A stretch of 64,000 bases of DNA from Candidatus Marinacidobacterales bacterium (GCA_965224085.1 CBDCYI010000011.1:992001-1056000); one strand, 5' to 3'. Positions 31,783-41,753 are shown, counted from the stretch's first letter. Numbers and translations: made by a program. Notes: generated by a model from the letters alone, not told the origin.

Positions 31783-31838
31783 TTAAGAACGTAGGCAAGG
31801 TCACTTCTGGTCGCGATCGGTAAGATCAGGGAGGGCAC

Positions 31839-32981
31839 ATGGCATCACCAGAGGACGGTGGCTGCGGCAACGTTGCCGGCACCCAAGGAATGAAGCGCTG
31901 CCCTCATTGTGGCGCCAAGAACAAGAACTCGTTGGAGTACTGCCTCCGGTGCTCGGAGTCGTTGGACGATGTCGCCGAGTGGGGTGGCGGCGGTAGCTCG
32001 CGCTCGCCCATGGTGGCGATCATGGTTGCGATGATCGCGGCCGTCGGTGCGTTGGTCGTGCTCGCTCTCGTCACAAGCTCCGCAAACGAGGAACCGCAGG
32101 CCGCGGGGGCGACGAGCCCGGCTCCGGCCATGAACATCGAGCGGCCGGATGGGCCGATCCTCGACGAAATTGATGCGCAACTTGCCACCGGGAAGTATTC
32201 CGACGCGATTGCCGCGTTTCGACAGCGTGACTACGACAGAGCCATCCCGATGTTCGAGGACCTCGCGCGTGATTTGCCCCATAATCCCCGCGTTCTGCAA
32301 TTTCTCGGGCTCTCTTACTTCCACAACGGGGAATTTGCGCGCTCCAAACAGACGCTTGCTGACGCGCGCGAGATTCGGCCCGACTCTTTTGAGCTGTTGG
32401 ATCACTATGTGACCGCGTGCAAGAAGGACGGCGACGACGAAAGCGCCTTCGCTGCTCTCCAAGACTTCGTCGATCGTCACCCGCAAGAGCTCGAAGCGAT
32501 GCTGGAGCTCGCTCGGATTGCCCGGGCCACGGGCGACGAAGACGTCGCGATAGGGCAGACCGAGTACCTGGCGACGACTCGAGAGGCGGACCCCGAGTTC
32601 GTGTACGAGTACGGCGTCAGTCTCAAAAACGCGGGGCAATTGGACGAAGCGAAAACGGTGCTCCGGAACTCGATCGAGCTCGACCCGAGCTCCGCTGCGG
32701 CGCATCATGCGCTCGGCGTCACCGAGCTCATCTCAGGAAACGCCAGCGGTGCCGTCGCACCTCTCGAGCAAGCCGTCGCGGCCGCTCCGGACAACGGCGA
32801 CTACCACTTCAGCCTCGCTCAGACCTACGAGGAGCTGGACCGCATTCCGGAATCTTTGGCGGCCTACGAAGCATATGTGCAGCATGCGCGCCCCGATGAC
32901 GCGCGCGCCCCTATCGTGCGCAAACAGCTCGAGCTCGCGAAAAAAGCGCTCGCCGAGCGCGAAAGGGAACGGACGGAGTGA
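31839..32981 (+). CDS. Zinc-ribbon + TM + TPR protein
   Basis: CPHC...CLRC, hydrophobic helix, multiple TPR-like repeats; alternative start 31890. Confidence 0.8.
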   Translation: MASPEDGGCGNVAGTQGMKRCPHCGAKNKNSLEYCLRCSESLDDVAEWGGGGSSRSPMVAIMVAMIAAVGALVVLALVTSSANEEPQAAGATSPAPAMNIERPDGPILDEIDAQLATGKYSDAIAAFRQRDYDRAIPMFEDLARDLPHNPRVLQFLGLSYFHNGEFARSKQTLADAREIRPDSFELLDHYVTACKKDGDDESAFAALQDFVDRHPQELEAMLELARIARATGDEDVAIGQTEYLATTREADPEFVYEYGVSLKNAGQLDEAKTVLRNSIELDPSSAAAHHALGVTELISGNASGAVAPLEQAVAAAPDNGDYHFSLAQTYEELDRIPESLAAYEAYVQHARPDDARAPIVRKQLELAKKALAERERERTE

Positions 32982-33128
32982 ACTCAACTTGTGAAGACCC
33001 GGCTCGTGACGTAAAATATGGTATCGCTAAAACTAGGAATCGCGGGGGGGCTTCTTGGGGTTTTCTCTTGGCTTCCCGCGACCTGCAGCCACTGAGCCAT
33101 TGATCGAATGAGCCGAGGAGGGAACGTG

Positions 33129-33653
33129 ATGCGAGGATTTCGAACACTTGCACTTGCCGTCGTCGTGTTCGCGATGAGCGTCGGGTTTGCGACTGCTCAA
33201 TCGCTAGCAGAGCTTGCGAAGAAAGAAAAAGAGCGACGTGATGGAAATCCATCCGAGGCGAAGCGAGTCGTTACCGATCGTGAGCTGACTCGAGGCTATG
33301 GCGAGCTCTCGACCCCATCTCAGACTCAAGAGGGCGGAGGCGAGGCCACAGACGCGGCCACAGACGCGGCGTCTGACACCGAGGAGAGTGAAGAGCAAGA
33401 GGACGAGACCCAGACTGAAGAGCACTGGCGAAACCGCGTGAAAGGCGTGAAAGACAAAATCGCGCGCCTGGAACAGCCGATGAGCTCCGAGGATTGGGGC
33501 GACGGCCAGCGGGTCGGGATCGATCCACGCGGTCAGAATAGTCTGGCCTCTCGTGAAAAAGCGTCGCAAGAGCTTGCCGCGTCGCGCGCGGAGCTCGAGG
33601 CTATTCGGGTCGAAGCACGTAAGGCTTCTGTGCCGCCGGGCTGGGTGCGATAG
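33129..33653 (+). CDS. Secreted coiled-coil protein of unknown function (C-terminal PGWVR)
   Basis: Signal peptide, RBS GAGGAGG; similar to 39263-39766. Confidence 0.75.
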   Translation: MRGFRTLALAVVVFAMSVGFATAQSLAELAKKEKERRDGNPSEAKRVVTDRELTRGYGELSTPSQTQEGGGEATDAATDAASDTEESEEQEDETQTEEHWRNRVKGVKDKIARLEQPMSSEDWGDGQRVGIDPRGQNSLASREKASQELAASRAELEAIRVEARKASVPPGWVR

Positions 33654-33713
33654 ACACGCCACGAGCGGCGAGCTTCATGATAACGGCGGGGTGAACGTCG
33701 AGAAGGGGCGGAT

Positions 33714-35138
33714 GTGCGGACGAAAGCGGCGGATGTGCTCGTCGTCGAGGATCGAGACTCTCTTCGAACGATGCTTCGCCGCGCGCTCACAGCCTCCGGC
33801 TATACGGTGCTCGAGGCCGCGAGCACGACGGAGGCTTTGCGTTTTCTCAGAAGCACCCGCATATCGGTCGTGCTCACCGATCTGAGACTTCCGGGAGGCA
33901 CGGGTATGGACGTCTTGAGGGCGTCGCGCGACGCCGACGCCAACATGCCCGTGATCGTGATGACGGCCTACGGGACGATTCAAGACGCGGTCTCAGCGAT
34001 GAAAGACGGAGCGTTCGATTTTCTCGCCAAGCCTGTGGACACGGATCACCTTCTCGTGCTCATGGAACGGGCGGTCGGACAGCGGCGACTCGTGATGGAG
34101 CACCTTATTCTCAAAGAGGAATACGCGGCGCGCTACGGCTTCCCCCGAATCATCGGTAAAGATCCGGCGCTCGAGAGAGTGAGCCTCGACCTTCAGCGAG
34201 CCGCGAGCTCGGAAACGACCGTGCTCTTGCTCGGCGAGAGCGGCACCGGCAAAGAGCTTTTTGCGCGCGCTCTCCATCAGCTGAGCGCGAGGCGTGACGG
34301 TCCCTTCGTCGCCATCAATTGTGCGGCGATTCCCGGCGACCTTCTCGAGAACGAGCTCTTCGGGCAGGAGAAAGGCGCCTATACCGGCGCCAATGCGCGA
34401 AAGCTCGGAAAGCTCGAGCTCGCAGAGGGCGGCACCGTGCTCCTCGACGAGATGGGCGAGCTTCCATTCGAGCTTCAGGCGAAGCTTTTGCGCGTGCTCC
34501 AGGAACGGTCCTCCGAGCGTGTCGGCGGCACACGAACACTACATGTCGATGTGCGCATCGTGGCGGCCACGAATCGCGAGCTGAGGCGAGCGGTCGAGCG
34601 AGGAGAGTTTCGGGAAGACCTCTATTTTCGGCTCTCGGTCTTTCCCATCTCGATTCCAGCTTTGCGTGAACGGCGCGGTGACATCCCTTTGCTGGCGAAG
34701 CATTACCTGGATGCATTTTGTCGCGATCTGAACAAAGCTCCGGTTGCGATTCCCGACGCGTGTATGGAAGCGCTGATGAACTACGACTGGCCGGGTAACG
34801 TTCGGGAGCTCGCCAATTGTCTCGAGCGCGCCGCGATTTTGTGCGACGACATTCGCTTGGACGAATCGCAGCTAGGACTCGGTGGCGATCGCGAACGTGG
34901 GCCCGCTCGTACGTTCGACCTTCATGGAACACTGGCCGAAGTGAGCCGGCGTGCGTCGACGGCTGCGGAGAGCGAAAAAGTCGGGCAGGTTCTCGACGAA
35001 GTCGGCGGCGATCGCCGTCGTGCAGCGGATCTCCTATCCGTGAGCCAAAAGACCCTGCTTCAGAAGATGCGCGATTTCGGCCTTGCCGAGAAAGCGAAGG
35101 AAGCCAAAGATCGAACCCCCCTGCGGACGGGAGTATAA
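33714..35138 (+). CDS. Sigma54-dependent response regulator (NtrC/AtoC family)
   Basis: Receiver VLTDLRLPG, GESGTGKE, GAYTGA, WPGNVREL, HTH. Confidence 0.9.
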   Translation: MRTKAADVLVVEDRDSLRTMLRRALTASGYTVLEAASTTEALRFLRSTRISVVLTDLRLPGGTGMDVLRASRDADANMPVIVMTAYGTIQDAVSAMKDGAFDFLAKPVDTDHLLVLMERAVGQRRLVMEHLILKEEYAARYGFPRIIGKDPALERVSLDLQRAASSETTVLLLGESGTGKELFARALHQLSARRDGPFVAINCAAIPGDLLENELFGQEKGAYTGANARKLGKLELAEGGTVLLDEMGELPFELQAKLLRVLQERSSERVGGTRTLHVDVRIVAATNRELRRAVERGEFREDLYFRLSVFPISIPALRERRGDIPLLAKHYLDAFCRDLNKAPVAIPDACMEALMNYDWPGNVRELANCLERAAILCDDIRLDESQLGLGGDRERGPARTFDLHGTLAEVSRRASTAAESEKVGQVLDEVGGDRRRAADLLSVSQKTLLQKMRDFGLAEKAKEAKDRTPLRTGV

Positions 35139-35140
35139 CC

Positions 35141-36214
35141 ATGTATGACGTGCAACAGCAACCGCCGTGCTTCAAGAGCGAGAACGAGCGCGGCTTTACC
35201 CTTATCGAGGTGCTCATCTCGATTGCCATCACGGTGGTTGTCATGGCCTCGGTCTTTGCTCTGCTCACCCGCGGTCAACGTTCGTTCCAAAGGGAGCCGG
35301 AAATCGCGGATCTGCAGCAGAACGCCCGCAACGTGCTCGATATGGTGTCGCGCGACATTTTGCAGGCGGGCGCCGGCTTGCCACCCGAGTTCCCCGCTTT
35401 CACCCAGAACGGAGGCGATGGAGCGCCTGCGGATAGTATCGAGATGATTGGGGCGTTGCAGCGTCCGGGACAGACCTTTCTCGTTCCTGAAGAAGTAGGG
35501 AACATCGTCGTCGTCGGCGCGTGCCCGAGCGTTTGCGCCGAGGTCGTGAGCATGACGACGAACTTCGAACCCGGTGACGTTCTCGTGCTTTACAACGACG
35601 TTCCCAACGAGAACCCGATCGGTTCACAGTGGGCGATGGTGGAGGTGGTGTCCGTCGACGAGAGCCAGCCCTTGGCGCTCATCGAGCTCGATTTCGCGAC
35701 CCACGCCGCTTACAGCTTCCACGGGTCCCCTCCGGCGGTGGCGGGGAACGCGGCTGCGGTCGACCCGGTTTTGTTCGGGGGTTTTCCGAAGCTGACTAGC
35801 GTCTCGGTCGTGCGCTACGACACATTGCTGGACGATCCGGCCGGCTATGCCGGCCCTCCGCCGCGGTTGGTCAGACGCAGCGTGGACGGGGCGATTCCGC
35901 AACCGGTGGGCTATCTGGAGGATTTCCAGATCGTCTATTTTATCGGTGTCACCGCGCCCGCACAGCAGAACTTCCCTCCGGTTCCCGTTACGGATATCGG
36001 TCCCCTCTTGCCGTTGACGGCAGAGAACATGTTGTCGAGTGTGCGCGTCACGGTGACCGCGCGCTCCATATCGGCGAATCTCGAGGGCGCCTCTGAAGGT
36101 GCGGATGCCACCAGCATCGCGGACAATTTCATCCGCAAAACGTTCTCGACGAACGTGAATCCCCGGAACTTGAGCGCGGCTCTCGAGATTCGCGCGGTGG
36201 CTGTCGCCCCGTAG
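35141..36214 (+). CDS. PilW-like minor pilin
   Basis: Class III signal ERG|FTLIEVL, LQQNAR..DILQAG, C-terminal VRVTVTARS..VNPRN. Confidence 0.85.
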   Translation: MYDVQQQPPCFKSENERGFTLIEVLISIAITVVVMASVFALLTRGQRSFQREPEIADLQQNARNVLDMVSRDILQAGAGLPPEFPAFTQNGGDGAPADSIEMIGALQRPGQTFLVPEEVGNIVVVGACPSVCAEVVSMTTNFEPGDVLVLYNDVPNENPIGSQWAMVEVVSVDESQPLALIELDFATHAAYSFHGSPPAVAGNAAAVDPVLFGGFPKLTSVSVVRYDTLLDDPAGYAGPPPRLVRRSVDGAIPQPVGYLEDFQIVYFIGVTAPAQQNFPPVPVTDIGPLLPLTAENMLSSVRVTVTARSISANLEGASEGADATSIADNFIRKTFSTNVNPRNLSAALEIRAVAVAP

Positions 36215-36333
36215 CGGGTTTTGTCGGTCTCGAATGCCTGCCCGGAGGCGTCCGTGCCTCTCGGAGCGCTCGAGCCCGGCGTTCGAGGATATACACGCGC
36301 GTTTCCTCGGAGCTCCTTTTCGAGGGTCCCGGC

Positions 36334-36363
36334 TTGACAATGCCGCTGCGCGGTCCATAAACT
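36334..36363 (+). promoter_or_regulatory. Putative sigma70 promoter of the argF-like gene
   Basis: TTGACA-N18-TAAACT. Confidence 0.5.
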
Positions 36364-36452
36364 CTAGCGTATAAGGGCTTATATCGCTCTGCGTCGTCTT
36401 TGGTCACTGGTCGGTGCGGCGTGTCCACACTCTGAATCGACTACCCGACGCC

Positions 36453-37376
36453 ATGGAGCCCAAGCATCTCATCTCGATCCGAGACCTGAGCGCGGGAGAT
36501 GTGTCCGAAGTGTTTCGGCTCACGGTGGATCTCAAAGCCACGCCTGACCGCTTTAGAACCTCTCTCGCAGGGAGGACGCTCGGTTTGTTTTTCCAGTCGC
36601 CCTCGACGCGAACGCGCACAGCTTTCCAAGTCGCCATGTTCCAGCTCGGCGGGCTCGCGATCGATCTCAACGATCGCGACATGCAAACATCTCGGGGTGA
36701 GTCGATGGCGGACACGGCGAAGACACTGTCACGATACTTGGACGGTATCGTGGCGCGCATGCGCAGCCACGCTCACCTCGTCGAGCTCTCGCGAAACGCT
36801 GACGTGCCTGTCATCAACGGCCTTACCGACCTCTTGCATCCGTGCCAGGTGTTGGGAGACTTTCTCACGCTCATCGAAAAAAAGGGAAGTCTCACGGGCC
36901 GGAAATTGGCCTATGTGGGTCCGGGCAACCCTATGTGCCATTCGCTCATCTATGGGGCGATCAAGTCCGGGATGAATGTCGTGGTAGCCTCTCCCCCCGG
37001 ATACGAGCCGAAGGCGCTCATCGTTAAAAGCGCCAATCGCGAAGCGAGCGCGGCAGGCCTCACGATCTCCTTGACCGACAACCCGACCGCAGCCGTGCAA
37101 GACGCCGATGTGGTATATACCGACGCATGGGTCTCCATTGGCCAGGAGGCGCAAGCCGCGGATCGGGTCGAAGCGTTGGCGCCTTACCAGGTCAACCCAG
37201 CGCTCATGAGCGAAGCGAAGCCGGACGCACTGTTCATGCACAGCCTTCCCGCGCATCGCGAAGAGGAAGTGACTAACGAGGTCATCGACGGCCCTCAGAG
37301 TGTCGTATTCGAACAAGCCGAGAATCGCTTGCACGTCGCCAAAGCCATCCTGATACGTCTTTTGTCCGGCCTTTGA
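36453..37376 (+). CDS. argF: Ornithine carbamoyltransferase-family protein (divergent ornithine-binding motifs)
   Basis: STRT, HPCQ, EQAENRLH; has HSLP instead of HCLP. Confidence 0.82.
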   Translation: MEPKHLISIRDLSAGDVSEVFRLTVDLKATPDRFRTSLAGRTLGLFFQSPSTRTRTAFQVAMFQLGGLAIDLNDRDMQTSRGESMADTAKTLSRYLDGIVARMRSHAHLVELSRNADVPVINGLTDLLHPCQVLGDFLTLIEKKGSLTGRKLAYVGPGNPMCHSLIYGAIKSGMNVVVASPPGYEPKALIVKSANREASAAGLTISLTDNPTAAVQDADVVYTDAWVSIGQEAQAADRVEALAPYQVNPALMSEAKPDALFMHSLPAHREEEVTNEVIDGPQSVVFEQAENRLHVAKAILIRLLSGL

Positions 37377-37440
37377 GCCGAGCTCAGCCGGCCCGGGCAA
37401 GAATAACTACCGACTCTTGGACGCCGACGCATCAGGACCC

Positions 37441-38118
37441 TTATGTCGTTCCGCGATGGATGGCGACGATCCCTCCCGTGAGTGTCTGGTAGCTCGGATC
37501 TTCAAAACCTGCGTCCAGCATCAAACCGACCAACGTATCGGGATCGGGGAAGCCGATAATCGATTCGGCGAGGTAGCGATAAGCCTCGCCTTTTCGGCTC
37601 AGCAGGTTTCCGAGCTGCGGTAGCAGAGCGTTCAAGTAGAACCGGTAGGGTTTCCGTAGCCACCCCTTGGGATGCGAGAACTCGAGGATGGCGAGCGTAC
37701 CGCCGGGCACGAGGACGCGGCGGATCTCCCGAAGGCCCGCCGGCATATCGGCCAGGTTACGCACGCCGAACGCGACGGTCGCGGCGTCGAACACGCCATC
37801 GGGAAAGGGAAGCGAGAGGGTATCCGCGGCTGCCACCCGAATGGGCACCCCGCTCTCACGAGATTTGTCGCGGGCGCGCGTCAACATGTTCCATGTGAAG
37901 TCACAGGCGATGCAGCGCGCTTGTCGCGCCAACTCGAGGGCGAGGTCACCTGTGCCGCAGCAAAGATCCAAAACACGCTGATCGCGTTCTAGCTCGAGAG
38001 CTTCGACGACCGCGCGGCGCCAGGAGCGATCAATGCCGAGGCTCAGCACGTGGTTCAGAAGGTCGTAGCGCGGCGCCACACCTTCGAACATCCGGCGCAC
38101 CGCGGAGGCTTCAGGCAT
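37441..38118 (-). CDS. menG: Ubiquinone/menaquinone biosynthesis C-methyltransferase UbiE/MenG
   Basis: RYDLLNHVLSLG, LDLCCGTGD, FGVRN, YRYLAESI. Confidence 0.92.
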   Translation of the reverse strand: MPEASAVRRMFEGVAPRYDLLNHVLSLGIDRSWRRAVVEALELERDQRVLDLCCGTGDLALELARQARCIACDFTWNMLTRARDKSRESGVPIRVAAADTLSLPFPDGVFDAATVAFGVRNLADMPAGLREIRRVLVPGGTLAILEFSHPKGWLRKPYRFYLNALLPQLGNLLSRKGEAYRYLAESIIGFPDPDTLVGLMLDAGFEDPSYQTLTGGIVAIHRGTT

Positions 38119-39227
38119 CAGCGTCCCACACCGAGGATCGATAGCGCCCACGCGATTTCGCTCTTTGGAAAATTCTCCACGATTTCCACGCGCCCGAGCC
38201 CCACCGGCAGAATGAAGCGGAGCCCTTCTTTGCTGCGCTTCTTGTCCTTTCGGACTGCGGCGAGAACGCGGCTTTTTTTGAGTCGCCCGAGAGACGGGAG
38301 CGGCCCGACGTTGCGAACCGCGGAGCTCAGCCGCCGCGCTAGCGCAGTCGTGATCGTGGCGCGCCGCTCAGCGAGAGCTATGGCGCCGAGCATGCCCCAT
38401 CCGACAGCTTCGCCGTGACGAAGCCCTTTGTAGCTCGATGCCGCTTCCAGTCCATGGCCGATCGTGTGCCCGAAATTCAATATTCGACGAAGCCCGTGCT
38501 CGTGCTCGTCTTGTCGGACGACGTCGAGCTTTGTACGAACACCGTCACCAATAGAGAGTGCGAGCGTCTCCGAGCCGATGGAAAGCGCCTTCTTCTCCAT
38601 ACGCTTCAGCAATTTGGGCGCGGCGACGAATCCGTATTTGATGAGCTCGAAGAAACCAGATACCAGATCGCGCGGCGGGAGCGTCGCGAGAAGCGTTGGG
38701 TCGATCCAGACGGCGCTCGGTCGATAGATCGACCCGATGAGATTTTTTCCCAGACGATGGTTGACGCCGACTTTGCCTCCGATCGAGCTGTCGATCTGTG
38801 CGAGGAGCGTCGTTGGGAGCTGCGCGAAGGGGATGCCGCGCAGGTACGTCGCCGCGACAAAGCCTGCCGTATCGCCGACGGTGCCGCCGCCGAAAGCGAG
38901 CAGCGCGTCGTCGCGCGTGAACCCGTAACGGAGGAGCCCGCCGTAGAGGCGCTCGACGGTCGCGAGGCTCTTGTTTTCCTCGCCCTCCGGCATCGAAAGC
39001 GTTACGTGGGCAATTCCGGCGCGAGCGAGGCTCGCCTCGAGACGAGCCCCATGGAACCGTCTCACCTGCGCCTGGGTGACGACCGCTACCCGTCCACCTG
39101 GCCAGAGCCGCCGGAGAGCGTGCCCGATATCATCCACGTAGTCGTTCGCAAGAACCACCGGATACGGATCGCCGGGCCGATGTAGCCGGCGCCGTGTCGT
39201 TCTGCTCACTCTGCTCACTCTGCTCAC
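38118..39227 (-). CDS. aroB: 3-dehydroquinate synthase
   Basis: GGGTVGDTAGF, PTTLLAQIDSSIGGKVGVN, LNFGHTIGH, HGEAV. Confidence 0.96.
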   Translation of the reverse strand: MSRVSRVSRTTRRRLHRPGDPYPVVLANDYVDDIGHALRRLWPGGRVAVVTQAQVRRFHGARLEASLARAGIAHVTLSMPEGEENKSLATVERLYGGLLRYGFTRDDALLAFGGGTVGDTAGFVAATYLRGIPFAQLPTTLLAQIDSSIGGKVGVNHRLGKNLIGSIYRPSAVWIDPTLLATLPPRDLVSGFFELIKYGFVAAPKLLKRMEKKALSIGSETLALSIGDGVRTKLDVVRQDEHEHGLRRILNFGHTIGHGLEAASSYKGLRHGEAVGWGMLGAIALAERRATITTALARRLSSAVRNVGPLPSLGRLKKSRVLAAVRKDKKRSKEGLRFILPVGLGRVEIVENFPKSEIAWALSILGVGR

Positions 39228-39262
39228 TAATGTTTCGGAAGCTTATCAAAAACGTCCAAATA

Positions 39263-39766
39263 TCAGCGGATCCACCCAGGAAAGGCCCCGGCTTTGCGCG
39301 CACGCTCACGAAATGACAAGTCCAGCTTGTCGCGTTCCTCGCGGAGGCTTTCGAGCGATTCCTTGATGAGTGTGATGGTGGGATCGTCGTGCCGCCATCC
39401 CTTCCGCCGCGCAACGAGCTCCCGGCCGGACAGCCGTGACTCCAGCCTACGAATGCGTGCCTCGATCCGAGCCAACTCGCGATCGTGAATCATTTTCTGC
39501 CATCGCCAAAAGGCTTCGGCTTTGACGAGATCCGGGGCGGTATCCCGCCGGGATGGCGGAGGAGCCACACGCGCGCCGAGCTTTGCCGGTCGTCGCTGCC
39601 ATGCGTATCTTTCCAAATGCGCGTCTGTGAAGCGCTTTGTGCCGCGCTCGCTCGCCGGAAGGGCGTCGCGACGGTCGCGCTCCTTCTGGGCGATGCGCTC
39701 TAGATCGCGAGCAAGGACCGCTGCCGACAACGCACCTATACAAACGATGATAACCAATACTTTCAC
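39263..39766 (-). CDS. Secreted coiled-coil protein of unknown function (C-terminal PGWIR)
   Basis: Signal peptide, RBS AGGAGG; similar to 33129-33653. Confidence 0.7.
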   Translation of the reverse strand: MKVLVIIVCIGALSAAVLARDLERIAQKERDRRDALPASERGTKRFTDAHLERYAWQRRPAKLGARVAPPPSRRDTAPDLVKAEAFWRWQKMIHDRELARIEARIRRLESRLSGRELVARRKGWRHDDPTITLIKESLESLREERDKLDLSFRERARKAGAFPGWIR

Positions 39767-39887
39767 GTCGAGCCTCCTTTTCGAAAAACGGAAAAACGTT
39801 CTTTAACTCTCTAGACGACAAACGCCGCGCTCGACCTCCCTGTCGTAAAGAAATCGCCGAGTCCCGTGCTGTGCTACCGTCTTTCCC

Positions 39888-40559
39888 GTGAAGCCCCATC
39901 CTCCTGCCCGAAAACGTGGCCACGGGGCCGACGTCATGGCGGATTACCGCGCGCGCATGGTTGACGAGCATCTCGTGCGACGCGGCATTCAGGACCGTCG
40001 GGTTCTCGACGTGATGCGAAGTATCGAGAGGCATCGATTTGTACCCGAGGCGCGCTCTCACATGGCCTACGGTGACTTTCCCGTGGCGATCGGCAAGGGA
40101 CAAACGCTCTCGCAGCCCTATATCGTGGCCGTCATGACCGAGGCCCTGGAGCTCGACGGCGGTGAGACGGTGCTCGAGATCGGCACGGGCTCGGGCTATC
40201 AGACGGCTGTGCTTGCCGCGCTCGCGCATACCGTCTACACGGTGGAGATAAAACCCGAGCTTGCGCGCTCTGCCAGAGCACGTCTCGAAGCGATGGGCTA
40301 TGAGAATCTCTGCTTCAAGGTGGGAGACGGAAAAGTGGGCTGGGCCGATGACGCGCCGTTCGACGCCATTCTTTGTGCGGCGGCACCGAAGGTTGTGCCC
40401 GACGAGCTGCGGGCGCAGCTCGCGCCCTCCGGGCGTCTCGTGATCCCCATCGGAGGGGCCGAAGAGCAGCAGCTAGAGCTTCATATCCAGGACGCTGCAC
40501 TTGGCTCGGGTTTCCGCGTCCGGAGCCTCGGCGGCGTCCGCTTCGTCCCGCTCGTTTAG
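39888..40559 (+). CDS. pcm: Protein-L-isoaspartate O-methyltransferase
   Basis: GQTLSQPYIV, VLEIGTGSGYQ, APFDAI, VRFVPL; start may be 39936. Confidence 0.95.
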   Translation: MKPHPPARKRGHGADVMADYRARMVDEHLVRRGIQDRRVLDVMRSIERHRFVPEARSHMAYGDFPVAIGKGQTLSQPYIVAVMTEALELDGGETVLEIGTGSGYQTAVLAALAHTVYTVEIKPELARSARARLEAMGYENLCFKVGDGKVGWADDAPFDAILCAAAPKVVPDELRAQLAPSGRLVIPIGGAEEQQLELHIQDAALGSGFRVRSLGGVRFVPLV

Positions 40560-40638
40560 ACGACCCGCCAAAAATCGCGAATTCCGTGTACCGAGATCGA
40601 TAATTTACGCTTCGCTTTTCAGGTTTGATTGGCTACAA

Positions 40639-41412
40639 CTAGCTGTCGGGGTGCTGGCGGTCGCGTCCGAACACCCACGCGATGCCAATCGAGAGCACGT
40701 AGAGCGCAATCATCGGAAACGCGAGGAGCATCTGGGTCACGACGTCTGGGGGCGTGACGATGGCGGCGGTGATGAAGATGGTCAAAACGGCGTACTTGAA
40801 GTTACGCCACAAGAAGCCCGGCGTGACCAAACCGATACGAGCTAGGAGGAACACGACGGTCGGGATTTGAAAAACGAAACCGGTACCGAGGATCACGCGG
40901 CTATAGAAGCTGAACACTTCGGACACGGTCGGTTTAACAGCAATCATCGTTTCGCTACCGAACGTCGTCAGAAAATTTACCGCGGTGGGAAAGACCATGT
41001 AGTGGCTGAAGGCCGCTCCGAGCAGGAAGAAACAGGTGCCAAAGAAGATGAAGGGGACGGCGAATTTCTTTTCCGTCTGATAGAGCCCCGGGGCGATGAA
41101 AAGCCACACTTGGGTGAGCCACGCGGGAGATGCGATGAAAATGGCGATGAAGAACGACATCTTCAGATGCAGCAAGAAGATCTCGGGTACCTTTGTCGCG
41201 ATGAGCTCGCCGCCTTCGGGTAGGGCCATCGTCATGGGCCCCATGAGGAACTCGAAGATCTGGGTCGAGAACGTGAAACACAGAACGAAGGCGACGGCCA
41301 GGCTGACGATGGCGAAGATGATGCGACGGCGGAGCTCGTCAAGATGGTCCAGAAAGGACATCTTCTCCGGAGACGTGTCTTCCGGAGGCGGTAGCGCAGC
41401 AGTCTGAGCCAC
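40639..41412 (-). CDS. tatC: Twin-arginine translocase TatC
   Basis: DHLDELRRR, WLFIAPGLY..EK, FQIP, TPPD. Confidence 0.95.
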   Translation of the reverse strand: MAQTAALPPPEDTSPEKMSFLDHLDELRRRIIFAIVSLAVAFVLCFTFSTQIFEFLMGPMTMALPEGGELIATKVPEIFLLHLKMSFFIAIFIASPAWLTQVWLFIAPGLYQTEKKFAVPFIFFGTCFFLLGAAFSHYMVFPTAVNFLTTFGSETMIAVKPTVSEVFSFYSRVILGTGFVFQIPTVVFLLARIGLVTPGFLWRNFKYAVLTIFITAAIVTPPDVVTQMLLAFPMIALYVLSIGIAWVFGRDRQHPDS

Positions 41413-41753
41413 TAAACTTTCGTTTCGTGCGGCTGTTTGGCCCCGTCTTTAGCTTCGCCTTTATTTGGGGGATCGATCGCGGATTCGACGGCGAGGTCGA
41501 TCTCTGTCGCCTTTTTGACGGCTTCCTTCGCTTCCTGCTGAAGAGTTTCGATCGGCTCCATGATCTCCTTGCGGGTCTCCTCGACGCGGATCTCTTGCTC
41601 GAGGGTGCTCCGGAGCTCGTTGCTGGCGCGTTTGAACTCGGCAATGCTTCGTCCCAGCGATTTTCCGAGCTGGGGGAGCTTTCTAGGGCCGAACACGATC
41701 AAGGCAATCACGAAGATGATGATAAGCTCTTGCATCCCGATAGGGCCTAGCAT
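41412..41753 (-). CDS. tatB: Twin-arginine translocase TatA/B subunit
   Basis: IGMQELIII..ALIVFGPRKLP, amphipathic helix; upstream of tatC. Confidence 0.85.
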   Translation of the reverse strand: MLGPIGMQELIIIFVIALIVFGPRKLPQLGKSLGRSIAEFKRASNELRSTLEQEIRVEETRKEIMEPIETLQQEAKEAVKKATEIDLAVESAIDPPNKGEAKDGAKQPHETKV

